24,000 bases of DNA from positions 2,026-26,025 of the forward strand of contig NZ_CADIKB010000032.1 of assembly GCF_902859825.1 (NCBI RefSeq), given 5' to 3'. The stretch comes from Paraburkholderia phenoliruptrix (GTDB lineage: Bacteria; Pseudomonadota; Gammaproteobacteria; Burkholderiales; Burkholderiaceae). Below, in pieces: positions 8,403 to 16,441 of the stretch. Below the pieces are notes generated by a model, which worked only from the letters and a program-made list of their open reading frames with translations, ran no database searches and was not told the DNA's origin. How positions within the stretch are numbered: position 1 is the stretch's first letter; the number at the start of each line of letters is the position of its first letter. The translations under genes and the position numbers were made by a program.

Positions 8403-8433
8403 CGCCAGTTCACCCTGTGGACTGGCGTTTTTT
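8403..8433 (+). terminator. Rho-independent terminator after hcp
   Basis: CGCCAGT (8403-8409) pairs with ACTGGCG (8421-8427) across an 11-nt loop, followed by TTTTTT (8428-8433). Confidence 0.6.
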
Positions 8434-8481
8434 GTTGCCGGCGGACCCTCTCTCTGCCGCGCCCCAGGACCGGGTACCCAC

Positions 8482-11211
8482 ATGACGATGCGCGACACCA
8501 CACATCTGCTCCGCAAGCTCAATCCGCATTGCGCGAGCGCGCTCGAAGCCGCCGCGAATCTCTGTAACGCGCGCCTTGCCGATGAAATCACCGTCGAGCA
8601 CTGGCTGCTCAAGCTGATCGAGGCGGGCGACGGGGACATTCCCGCGATCCTGCGCCGCTACGAAATCGACATCAACGGCGTGTGGGACGCGCTGCTCGCG
8701 GCAATCGACCGCACGCCCCGCAATCTGCGTGGCAAACCATCGCTTTCCCGGTCACTCGCACATGTACTCGAAAACGCCTGGCTCCATGCATCAGCCGGTG
8801 AGTCCGCGCAGCCGATCCGCTCCGCGAACCTGTTGCAGGCGATTGTCGATGCGCCGCATGTGCTGCGCGCGACAGACGCCTGGCCGTTGCTGTCCATAAG
8901 TTCCACACAGGTCCAGCGGCTACTGCGTGACCTCGACCGTCAATCGGCTGAGGGGGCACGGCAGGACGTGAGGGAAGCAGCGGACAGCAAAGCGCCCGGA
9001 TCACCGGGCACTGTCACGGCGACAGACGATGAGGCGCAACGGAAGGTGTCGCCCTCGCCCGGGATCAGCTCTGGTACGGATGGTGACGCCCTCGGGCGCT
9101 TTGCCATCGACCTGACTGAAAAGGCCGCGCGCGGCGATATCGACCCGGTATTCGGTCGCGATCGCGAAATCCAGCAGATGGTCGACGTGCTCGCGCGGCG
9201 ACGGAAGAACAATCCGATTCTTGTCGGCGAACCGGGCGTCGGCAAGACCGCGCTGGTCGAGGGACTCGCGCTTCGTGTGGCCGAAGGCAGCGTACCGAAT
9301 GTCATCCGTGACGTGCGCATTCTCACGCTCGATCTCGGCCTGCTTCAGGCAGGCGCGGGTGTAAAAGGCGAATTCGAGCAGCGCCTGAAAAACGTGATTG
9401 ACGAAGTGCAGGCCTCGCCGGTGCCGATCCTGCTTTTCATCGACGAAGCCCACACGCTGATCGGTGCAGGTAACGCCGCCGGCGGCGCCGACGCGGCGAA
9501 CCTGCTCAAACCCGCGCTCGCGCGTGGCGAGCTGCGCACGATCGCGGCGACCACGTGGTCTGAGTACAAGGAATACTTCGAGCGCGATGCCGCGCTTGAG
9601 CGGCGCTTCCAGATCATCAAGGTCGAAGAGCCGGACGACGATGCGGCCTGCCTGATGCTGCGGGGACTGGCCAGCCGTTATGCGAAACACCACAACGTCC
9701 ATATCCGCGGCGAAGCGATTACCGCCGCCGTGAAACTCTCACGTCGCTATATCCCGGCGCGACAGCTACCGGACAAGGCTGTTGATCTGATCGACACGGC
9801 CGCCGCTCGTGTGCGTATGGGACTCGAATCGCCGCCGCCAGAACTGCAACGTGCAGCCGCGACGGTGACCGCGCTGGAACTGGAGCTTGCCACACTCGAT
9901 TCTGATCAGCAGGTTGGTGTGCCGGGGCTGGCAGGTGAGCGTGAGACACTGAACGAGGCACTGGCCTCGGCGAGAGCGGAAAGCGAGCGGTTGCAGCAAC
10001 GCTACACGCGCGAACTGGAACTGGTCAGTGGGTTGCTTGCCCACCGGGACGCCGGCAGCGACGGCGCAACGCTCGAGGCGGCGCAGCGTAACCTGTCGGA
10101 TGCGCAGGGCAAGACGCCGCTGATATTCGCCGACGTGGACGCGCAGGCAATCGCGCGAGTCGTGTCCGAATGGACGGGTGTGCCCGTCGGCAATCTGGTC
10201 GAAGACGAACTGCGCAGTCTGCTCGCGATCGAACAGGGACTGGCGAAACGCGTGGTGGCACAGGACGATGCGCTCGCCGCACTCGCGGAAAGCTTACGCA
10301 CCGCCAAGGCAGGCCTGAAAAGCGAGCACACGCCGTTGGGTGTTTTTCTGCTCGCCGGGCCGTCTGGCGTTGGCAAGACGGAAACCGCGCTGGCACTTGC
10401 CGATCTCCTGTTCGGTGGCGAATCCGCACTGACCGTGATCAACATGTCGGAATACCAGGAGGCGCACACGGTCTCGCAACTGAAGGGTTCTCCTCCCGGC
10501 TATGTTGGCTATGGCAAAGGCGGTGTGCTAACCGAGGCCGTGCGGCAACGGCCGTACAGCGTTGTCCTGCTCGACGAAGTGGAAAAGGCGCACCGCGACG
10601 TGCTCGACCTCTTCTATCAGGTATTCGACCGCGGTGCGATGCGGGACGGCGAGGGCCGCGAGATCGATTTCCGCAACTGCGTGATCCTGATGACCTCCAA
10701 CCTGGGCAGCGCACAGATCGACGAGGCGACGGCAGAGAATCCGGCGATCTCGCAGGATGAGCTGCTTGAGGCGATCCGTCCGGAACTCGTGGCCCACTTC
10801 CAGCCCGCGCTGCTGGCCCGTTTCCAGACGCTCGTGTACCGGCCGCTGGAAGCACCGGCGCTCGAATCCATCGTGAAGCTGAAGATCGACAAGGTGGTCG
10901 AACGACTTCGCCGGCAGCACAACGTGGCGCTGACGTGCGACGAGGCGCTGACAGTATCACTCGCGCAACTGTGTCTCGCGCGAGAATCCGGCGCGCGCAA
11001 CGTTGACGCGTTCCTGAACCAGCGAATTCTGCCGGCGGTGTCGCGCGAGCTGCTCGCACGGATGGCCGAGGGACTCGCGCCCGCGGAGATCCGGCTGTCA
11101 ATGTCAGATGAGGGCAATCTCACGATCGATTTTGTTGATCGCGCCGACGACGAACACGATGCGACGGTCACGCTTTACAGCCACGCTCCTGCCACAGAAA
11201 CGTCGATGTGA
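8482..11211 (+). CDS. tssH: T6SS AAA+ ATPase ClpV/TssH
   Basis: It has a Clp N-domain-like start ([16 protein letters not shown]). Two AAA+ modules are present: GEPGVGKT with [10 protein letters not shown], and GPSGVGKTE with [11 protein letters not shown]. The start is at ATG 8482 or 8488; the ORF-track N-terminal extension looks non-coding. Confidence 0.9.
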   Translation: MTMRDTTHLLRKLNPHCASALEAAANLCNARLADEITVEHWLLKLIEAGDGDIPAILRRYEIDINGVWDALLAAIDRTPRNLRGKPSLSRSLAHVLENAWLHASAGESAQPIRSANLLQAIVDAPHVLRATDAWPLLSISSTQVQRLLRDLDRQSAEGARQDVREAADSKAPGSPGTVTATDDEAQRKVSPSPGISSGTDGDALGRFAIDLTEKAARGDIDPVFGRDREIQQMVDVLARRRKNNPILVGEPGVGKTALVEGLALRVAEGSVPNVIRDVRILTLDLGLLQAGAGVKGEFEQRLKNVIDEVQASPVPILLFIDEAHTLIGAGNAAGGADAANLLKPALARGELRTIAATTWSEYKEYFERDAALERRFQIIKVEEPDDDAACLMLRGLASRYAKHHNVHIRGEAITAAVKLSRRYIPARQLPDKAVDLIDTAAARVRMGLESPPPELQRAAATVTALELELATLDSDQQVGVPGLAGERETLNEALASARAESERLQQRYTRELELVSGLLAHRDAGSDGATLEAAQRNLSDAQGKTPLIFADVDAQAIARVVSEWTGVPVGNLVEDELRSLLAIEQGLAKRVVAQDDALAALAESLRTAKAGLKSEHTPLGVFLLAGPSGVGKTETALALADLLFGGESALTVINMSEYQEAHTVSQLKGSPPGYVGYGKGGVLTEAVRQRPYSVVLLDEVEKAHRDVLDLFYQVFDRGAMRDGEGREIDFRNCVILMTSNLGSAQIDEATAENPAISQDELLEAIRPELVAHFQPALLARFQTLVYRPLEAPALESIVKLKIDKVVERLRRQHNVALTCDEALTVSLAQLCLARESGARNVDAFLNQRILPAVSRELLARMAEGLAPAEIRLSMSDEGNLTIDFVDRADDEHDATVTLYSHAPATETSM

Positions 11212-11221
11212 GGTCAATGCG

Positions 11222-11653
11222 ATGCCCACCGGCCCCTCCCTCTACGACATGCTGCTCGGCCATATCGACGGCGAGCCGCTCGAAGCGCACGACGATAAAA
11301 CGCTCGAGATTCTCAGCGTGCAGGCAAATATCCGGCGCATTCTGAACGCGCGCGCCGGAGCGCTGAAGCACGTGCCCGACTTTGGGCTACCTGATCTCAC
11401 CGATGTGTACAGGAATCTTCCCGCCTCCGTTCACGACCTCAGGAACCAGATGGAGGCGACCCTGCTGAAGTTCGAGCCACGTATCCGGTCTATCGATGTC
11501 GAGATCGACGACAGGCCCGACCCCGGCCTGCTGGTCAGCTTCTGGATGACCTGTCACCTCAAAAAGGCCGGGCTCGTACGTTTCGGGACCTATTTCGAGC
11601 CGCAAGGACGTATGCGCGTGGAGCGGGTGCAGCCGCCCAAGCCGGGCCAGTGA
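11222..11653 (+). CDS. tssE: T6SS baseplate subunit TssE (gp25-like)
   Basis: MPTGPSLYDMLLGH...IRRILNARAGALKHVPDFGLPDLTD is a typical TssE/gp25 N-terminal region. It is 143 aa and starts 11 nt after the clpV stop. Confidence 0.85.
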   Translation: MPTGPSLYDMLLGHIDGEPLEAHDDKTLEILSVQANIRRILNARAGALKHVPDFGLPDLTDVYRNLPASVHDLRNQMEATLLKFEPRIRSIDVEIDDRPDPGLLVSFWMTCHLKKAGLVRFGTYFEPQGRMRVERVQPPKPGQ

Positions 11654-11675
11654 CGTCAGGCTGACTAACGACCGT

Positions 11676-11704
11676 GTCGACCTGCTCGCAAGTTCGCTTA
11701 GAAT
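11676..11704 (+). promoter_or_regulatory. Candidate sigma70-type promoter for the HU gene
   Basis: -10 TAGAAT (11699-11704). Weak -35 GTCGAC/TCGACC at 11676-11682, with a 16-17 nt spacer. It lies about 40 nt upstream of the HU start codon. Confidence 0.3.
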
Positions 11705-11745
11705 GGCGCGCAACGCCCAACTTATCGACAAGGAGAGTCTTCGAC

Positions 11746-12033
11746 ATGAATAAAACCGACCTGATTGACGCGGTTTCCGCACAAACGGATGTGAGCAAAG
11801 CGCAAGCTGGTGAGGCTCTCGACGCGGTTATCGACGCCATCACCAAGGCTGTCACCCGCGGCGAGACCGTGCAGTTGATCGGCTTCGGCAGCTTCAGCTC
11901 GGGTGCGCGCGCCGCGCGCACTGGGCGCAACCCGCAGACCGGTGCGGAGATCAAGATCCCGGCATCGAAAACCGTCAAGTTCACTGCCGGTAAGGCGTTC
12001 AAGGACGCTGTGAACAGCTCGAAGAAAAAATAA
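11746..12033 (+). CDS. HU family nucleoid-associated DNA-binding protein
   Basis: [11 protein letters not shown]...[12 protein letters not shown]...[33 protein letters not shown] is a classic HU/IHF fold signature. AGGAGA lies at 11731-11736. Confidence 0.9.
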   Translation: MNKTDLIDAVSAQTDVSKAQAGEALDAVIDAITKAVTRGETVQLIGFGSFSSGARAARTGRNPQTGAEIKIPASKTVKFTAGKAFKDAVNSSKKK

Positions 12034-12040
12034 GTCTTGC

Positions 12041-12073
12041 GGTGGCAGGCGGGTGCTCCGCCCGCTTGCCACC
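12041..12073 (+). terminator. Terminator-like hairpin after the HU gene
   Basis: 13-bp GC-rich stem (12041-12053 pairs with 12061-12073, one G.U pair) and a 7-nt loop. The downstream T-tract is weak (GTATTCGCGTGTTT). Confidence 0.45.
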
Positions 12074-12100
12074 GTATTCGCGTGTTTCCCACTCGTTTTC

Positions 12101-12571
12101 ATGTCCCGTTCATCCTCCCGCCACAGCAGCCGAAAACCGGCCCGCAAGCCGCTCACCCGCGACATGCTGCTGCCGCTGCCAGCCGCCACGGTACGTGCGG
12201 CCGCTCTCGAAAATCACCTCGCGCTCGTTGCGATGCGAACCGGCAATGGCAGCGTCGACCAGATGAGCTGTCTGCTCAAGGTCGCCTACCTCTCCTGGTT
12301 TCTTCTGGAAAAACCCGTCGATCGTGAACAGCATATCCACCTGTTGCACGCCAGCGAAACGGCGCTTCAGCAATGCGGGCTGCGTGCGCAGTCCGGACAG
12401 CCGTGGAGCCTACGGCAGGAGGAGATCGCGGATCTCGAATCCCTGCTCGCGTTGCATGACCGTCAACTGCATTCGGTATGCGCGCATCAATATCAGGCAG
12501 CGTGGGCCAGGCTGCAGCATTTTGTGAGCAGCGACGCACAGTCGCCGCTTCCTGCACGCCGGCCGTTGTGA
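12101..12571 (+). CDS. Hypothetical protein
   Basis: Likely start MSRSSSRHSSRKPARKPL at ATG 12101, with a basic N-terminus followed by a helical body. The ORF-track start at 12053 lies inside the HU terminator hairpin. Confidence 0.6.
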   Translation: MSRSSSRHSSRKPARKPLTRDMLLPLPAATVRAAALENHLALVAMRTGNGSVDQMSCLLKVAYLSWFLLEKPVDREQHIHLLHASETALQQCGLRAQSGQPWSLRQEEIADLESLLALHDRQLHSVCAHQYQAAWARLQHFVSSDAQSPLPARRPL

Positions 12572-12633
12572 CCATCTACTGCCAGCGGCGCCCGTGCACC
12601 AACGGCAGCCTGTGATGCGACTCCGGACGGCGC

Positions 12634-13233
12634 TCAGCCGTGGCTATCAAGCAGATCGCCCTGTCCAAGCGTAGAGCAAATGAATCCTGACATGCCTGCA
12701 TTCAGCTCGCGATAGCGGTCGGCGTTGGCGACCTTCCCGCGAAGCATTTTTCGCCACAAGGTCTCGCGGCGCTCGGCCGAAATATGAACCCACGGTGTGA
12801 GTACGATTCCAGCCTTGTCGTAGTCGCCCTGAGCTCGCATAGCTGCGTAGTTTTCCTCGATCGTAACGATGTGAACGGACTCGTAGTCAACCAGAGTGCG
12901 AACAAATTCGCCGGGATCATTGAGCTGGTCCCGGCGGTGTCGATCGACAAGTCCAGTAAGCGTCGTCTGGATCCGCTTGTAATGCTCAAGGCGCAAACCT
13001 GAGCCCTCGGCCGCAATGGCTGAATGCGAGACAAGCCCTGTAAATTGCCGAATTCGGCGTTTGACGCTCTCTGCCATGATGTGCGTGTACCAGGCACGAG
13101 CCCGTCCCGAAGTGACATTCGGACGGGAAGCGAGCCACATGATTTCTTCGTAGATCGAGACAAGCGCCGCTTGAAGGTCGGCGGGAATCTGCAGGTCTGC
13201 ATGGGGGAAAGGCTCGGTATTCAAGCTATCCAT
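12634..13233 (-). CDS. Hypothetical protein, last cistron of the R-M operon; possible His-Me/HNH-like motif (speculative)
   Basis: 199-aa ORF with protein-like composition. Its ATG (13233) overlaps the restriction-enzyme stop by 8 nt (ATGGATAG). It contains LRLEHYKRI ... VHIVTIEEN. Confidence 0.7.
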   Translation of the reverse strand: MDSLNTEPFPHADLQIPADLQAALVSIYEEIMWLASRPNVTSGRARAWYTHIMAESVKRRIRQFTGLVSHSAIAAEGSGLRLEHYKRIQTTLTGLVDRHRRDQLNDPGEFVRTLVDYESVHIVTIEENYAAMRAQGDYDKAGIVLTPWVHISAERRETLWRKMLRGKVANADRYRELNAGMSGFICSTLGQGDLLDSHG

Positions 13234-14473
13234 CCTGGCGCTCCCGCACTATCGCGACAAACTGCTCGACGTTCATCAGCCACGCCTGTTGCGAGGGCAC
13301 GTAGGTCTCATGCAGTTTGGTCGGCAGCACCAGTTGCAACCGCTTCGCTCGCATTTCGTCGGTCTGGTGAAGGGAAATGGCGGTCTCAAGGGTGAGCAGG
13401 TGCTTGTCCGCCACACGGTCCGCTTCAGCCAATACCTGTCTCCAGCGATCCTTGCAGGTCGACTTGACCCCAAGCATCGTTAAACGGATCGAGTCAAAGG
13501 TGTGATCGTGGTATTCGGCCTTTCCAGGAAACAGGAAATCCGGCTTCGACTTGTTTTCAGTCGCAGCCGTGCGCGCATACTGAATCCCGCTTTCTGCGAA
13601 GAGCAGTTCAAGGTGATTTTCGAGCGCGAGGCCGACCCGGCTCTTCCGGCGATTCTGCACGGACAACGAAAAGCTCAGGAAGCCCTCGACATCAGCGCCC
13701 TTCTCCGCATCGCCGCTAAAGCCTTTTGACAGGCGATCGGCAAGCAGATATCGCTCGAGCGTCCGGAAAAGTATCTCCTCGCGCTCCATCCACGCCATCA
13801 GCACCACGTCAGGATTTTCGTGCACGTTCAGGTCGTCGAGCGTCGAGCGTGCATATGCGGAGAACTCGCGCGTGGTAGGGAACTTGCCGCCAAAGCGCTT
13901 GAGCATCTCATCCAGATACGTTGCTTCGGAAGTTTCAACCGCGACGCCGATGCTCTCAAGAATGAAGCGGGATGCAAACTCGATCCGGTCCTGTTCCGTC
14001 TCCAGTTCCGACTTGACCGAAAAACCCGGATGCGCAAGATCGGCGAATCCGAAGAGCCACTCGATCTGCCGGGCGATGCTGGATCCGTTCTCGGCGATCA
14101 CCACAAGCAGACCGCCGTCGCGACGCTTGCCGATCACCAGCAGATCGCCCGTCGCTGCATTGAGCGAAACGTTCGTCGTCGGAAAGTACAGGCGGTATTC
14201 CCAGCGCTGCACGCCGCGTTCGAGCCGTGCCCGCTGGCGTGCGTCGTACCACGTGAATACCGCGTCTTCCATAATCGGATCGTCGTCCAGATCCGACAGG
14301 TAGAGCAGCTTCGCATCGTACCGAACTTTGCCGTCAGGCTCGCCCAGTATCGTGCGCAACCCTTCGACGCCATTGAACTCGTGCTGGTTCGACTGGATGA
14401 CGTCCGCTTCCACCGCACTCAGCCGTTTCGCGGCCACACCCTCGAAGTACTCGGACAGGTAACCCGCCTTCAT
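13226..14473 (-). CDS. Type II restriction endonuclease, EcoRII C-terminal catalytic domain family
   Basis: The C-terminal half aligns by eye with EcoRII as I recall it: VQNRRKSRVGLALENHLELLF...KPDFLFPGKAEYHD...LTMLGVKSTCKDRWRQVLAEADR. The ATG at 14473 ([10 protein letters not shown]) overlaps the vsr TGA (ATGA). The ORF-track start is 14512. Confidence 0.85.
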   Translation of the reverse strand: MKAGYLSEYFEGVAAKRLSAVEADVIQSNQHEFNGVEGLRTILGEPDGKVRYDAKLLYLSDLDDDPIMEDAVFTWYDARQRARLERGVQRWEYRLYFPTTNVSLNAATGDLLVIGKRRDGGLLVVIAENGSSIARQIEWLFGFADLAHPGFSVKSELETEQDRIEFASRFILESIGVAVETSEATYLDEMLKRFGGKFPTTREFSAYARSTLDDLNVHENPDVVLMAWMEREEILFRTLERYLLADRLSKGFSGDAEKGADVEGFLSFSLSVQNRRKSRVGLALENHLELLFAESGIQYARTAATENKSKPDFLFPGKAEYHDHTFDSIRLTMLGVKSTCKDRWRQVLAEADRVADKHLLTLETAISLHQTDEMRAKRLQLVLPTKLHETYVPSQQAWLMNVEQFVAIVRERQDG

Positions 14474-14919
14474 CCCCGTTGCTCCCATTTGCGCGTGCTG
14501 CTTCGCAGCCACCCAGCGAGTGCATCGGCTACTGCCTCCGCATCACACCCTTTGCCGCGCACCGCACATTCCCAGATGACACCGACCCGCCAGCCTGCGG
14601 CGAGCAGCGCATCATGCGCACGCTGATCATTCGTCTGGTTGCGACCGATTTTCTCGCGCCAGAACTCGACGCGCGTTGCCGGCCATTTGAAGTATCGACA
14701 GTCGTGCCCGTGCCAGAAACAGCCATGCACGAACACGACCGCATGATAGCGCGGGAGCACAAGATCCGGCTTGCCCGGCAGGTCGCGTGCGTGAAGGCGG
14801 AAGCGAAAGCCCCGCCGGTGCAGCAGGCTGCGAATGAGAATCTCAGGCCGGGTGTCGCGCCCCCGTATGCCGGCCATCATCCGGCTGCGGGTGACGCGGT
14901 CGACGACGTCGACCATCAT
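14470..14919 (-). CDS. vsr: Very-short-patch repair endonuclease Vsr
   Basis: [52 protein letters not shown] is the Vsr signature. Its start overlaps the methyltransferase stop (ATGA at 14916-14919). Confidence 0.9.
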   Translation of the reverse strand: MMVDVVDRVTRSRMMAGIRGRDTRPEILIRSLLHRRGFRFRLHARDLPGKPDLVLPRYHAVVFVHGCFWHGHDCRYFKWPATRVEFWREKIGRNQTNDQRAHDALLAAGWRVGVIWECAVRGKGCDAEAVADALAGWLRSSTRKWEQRG

Positions 14920-16229
14920 TCAGCGTGCGCGAGCTCTTTTGCGACGGCCTGTCGCGCGGAGATCAGCGTCTTCATGTGCGGCACCAGGATGCGGGCGACT
15001 TCGCGCATCACGGGCATCACCACGCTGTTGCCGAACTGACGGTACGCCTGCGTATCGCTCACCGGAATCCGGAAGCTGTCCGGAAAGCCCATCAGTCGTG
15101 CGCACTCGCGCGGCGTTAGTCGCCGCGGCCGCTTGCCCTTGCCTTTGCCCTGAAAAACGAGGATCTCCGAGCCGTCTTTATAGTATCGGGCAGACAATGT
15201 GCGGGTTACGCTGTCCGGATAAACGAGTCCAAACCCAAAACCGTTGCCGGCCGCGCGATGCTTCTCTGCATAGCCTTGCAGATACTCCCACAGCTTCGGC
15301 GTCAGGGTGTACTTGGCTTGCACCTTAGCCTTGTCATGATCGAAGAAGCGGTCGCCATCCCATTCGAGAAGCGGCTCGCTGCCGTCGGTCTTGTGCAGGA
15401 TCGACGACAGGACCGGACCGTCCGCCGGCAGGCAAAGGTCGTCCCACGAGAACGCGGTCTCTTCGCGAAAGCCAACGATGACGATGCGCTCCCGGTGCTG
15501 CGGCGTGAAGTGCTGGCCGTCGATGATCTTGTAGTGCACGTCGTACTTGAGTTCGTCGCGCAGTACCGAAATGATCCGGCGGAAAGTTTCGCCCTTGTCA
15601 TGCGAGACGAGGTTTTTGACGTTCTCCAGCAGAAACGCTGCTGGCCGTTTGACGTCAATGATGCGCGCAACATCGTAGAAGAGCGTGCCCTGTGTCGTGC
15701 ACTCAAATCCATGGGGCCGGCCAAGCGAGTTTTTCTTGCTTACGCCGGCGATACTGAACGGCTGGCACGGAAAGCCCGCGAGCAGCACGTCGTGATCCGG
15801 CACGTTCTCAGAGAGGAACGGCACAATGTCGCCAACAAACTGGTGAGTGTCGCTGGAATCGCCGAAGTTCTCGACGTAGGTCTTGCGGGAGAAATCGTTC
15901 CACTCGCTGGTAAAGATGCAGTGGCCACCGTAAGTTTCAAACCCCTGACGGATGCCGCCGATGCCGGCGAAGAGATCGATAAAGCGGAATCCGCTTTCCT
16001 TCCACGGGACGTCCTTGTTCGCCCTGCCCTCCAGCATGTCACGGAGCGCCGCCTCGGCGATGACGGGACAGGGCGTTTCCTGTGACTCCCAACGTCTGAT
16101 GGTCTTGATATCCTTGCCGACCCGTTCGGCGATTTCGCGCTGACTGTATATCTGTCGAACCTGCTTGAGCAGGGTGTGCGAATCGGCTACGGTCATGTTG
16201 ATTTTCTCGCTGGGAATTTTTGCGGACAT
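14916..16229 (-). CDS. dcm: DNA (cytosine-5) methyltransferase, Dcm/M.EcoRII family (predicted CCWGG specificity)
   Basis: Motif [13 protein letters not shown], motif [54 protein letters not shown]. It is collinear with E. coli Dcm as I recall it. The start [18 protein letters not shown] parallels Dcm MQENISVTDSY. The N-terminal region has an HTH-like segment ([18 protein letters not shown]). Confidence 0.9.
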   Translation of the reverse strand: MSAKIPSEKINMTVADSHTLLKQVRQIYSQREIAERVGKDIKTIRRWESQETPCPVIAEAALRDMLEGRANKDVPWKESGFRFIDLFAGIGGIRQGFETYGGHCIFTSEWNDFSRKTYVENFGDSSDTHQFVGDIVPFLSENVPDHDVLLAGFPCQPFSIAGVSKKNSLGRPHGFECTTQGTLFYDVARIIDVKRPAAFLLENVKNLVSHDKGETFRRIISVLRDELKYDVHYKIIDGQHFTPQHRERIVIVGFREETAFSWDDLCLPADGPVLSSILHKTDGSEPLLEWDGDRFFDHDKAKVQAKYTLTPKLWEYLQGYAEKHRAAGNGFGFGLVYPDSVTRTLSARYYKDGSEILVFQGKGKGKRPRRLTPRECARLMGFPDSFRIPVSDTQAYRQFGNSVVMPVMREVARILVPHMKTLISARQAVAKELAHAE

Positions 16230-16441
16230 TTTGACCTTGGGCCACGCTCGTGTCCAGCGTTTTTTGGAATGACCTTCCACTCCGTGTGCCCAACGCCCAT
16301 GATCTGCGATAGTTTGGTGTTGGTAGCTGCGAGTGGGGCACTCAAGAACATCCGGTCGTGATTGTCCACCCGCCCCTCGAGCAGGCCCTGTTGATGAAAG
16401 CGCGTCTTGAGTCGGTGTAAAGCAGTGGCCATGGGCTTCAT
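16193..16441 (-). CDS. Possible small HTH protein (controller-like); uncertain
   Basis: 82-aa ORF filling the gap between the 1136-aa gene and dcm. The ATG at 16441 overlaps the upstream TGA. It has an HTH-like segment [16 protein letters not shown]. The first 55 or so codons have mostly G/C at the third position. The last 25 or so codons are Lys/Pro-rich and overlap the dcm start. Confidence 0.3.
   Translation of the reverse strand: MKPMATALHRLKTRFHQQGLLEGRVDNHDRMFLSAPLAATNTKLSQIMGVGHTEWKVIPKNAGHERGPRSKCPQKFPARKST

Noticed and set aside
9001-11171. Minus-strand ORFs inside clpV (9001..9702, 10439..11101, 10617..11171 and others)
   Set aside because: They lie antisense to an unambiguous ClpV with two AAA+ modules. 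They are low-complexity, Arg/Ser/Ala-rich translations.
13820-16085. Plus-strand ORFs 13820..14626 (268 aa) and 15258..16085 (275 aa)
   Set aside because: They lie antisense to the EcoRII-like endonuclease and the Dcm methyltransferase, both of which carry diagnostic motifs.
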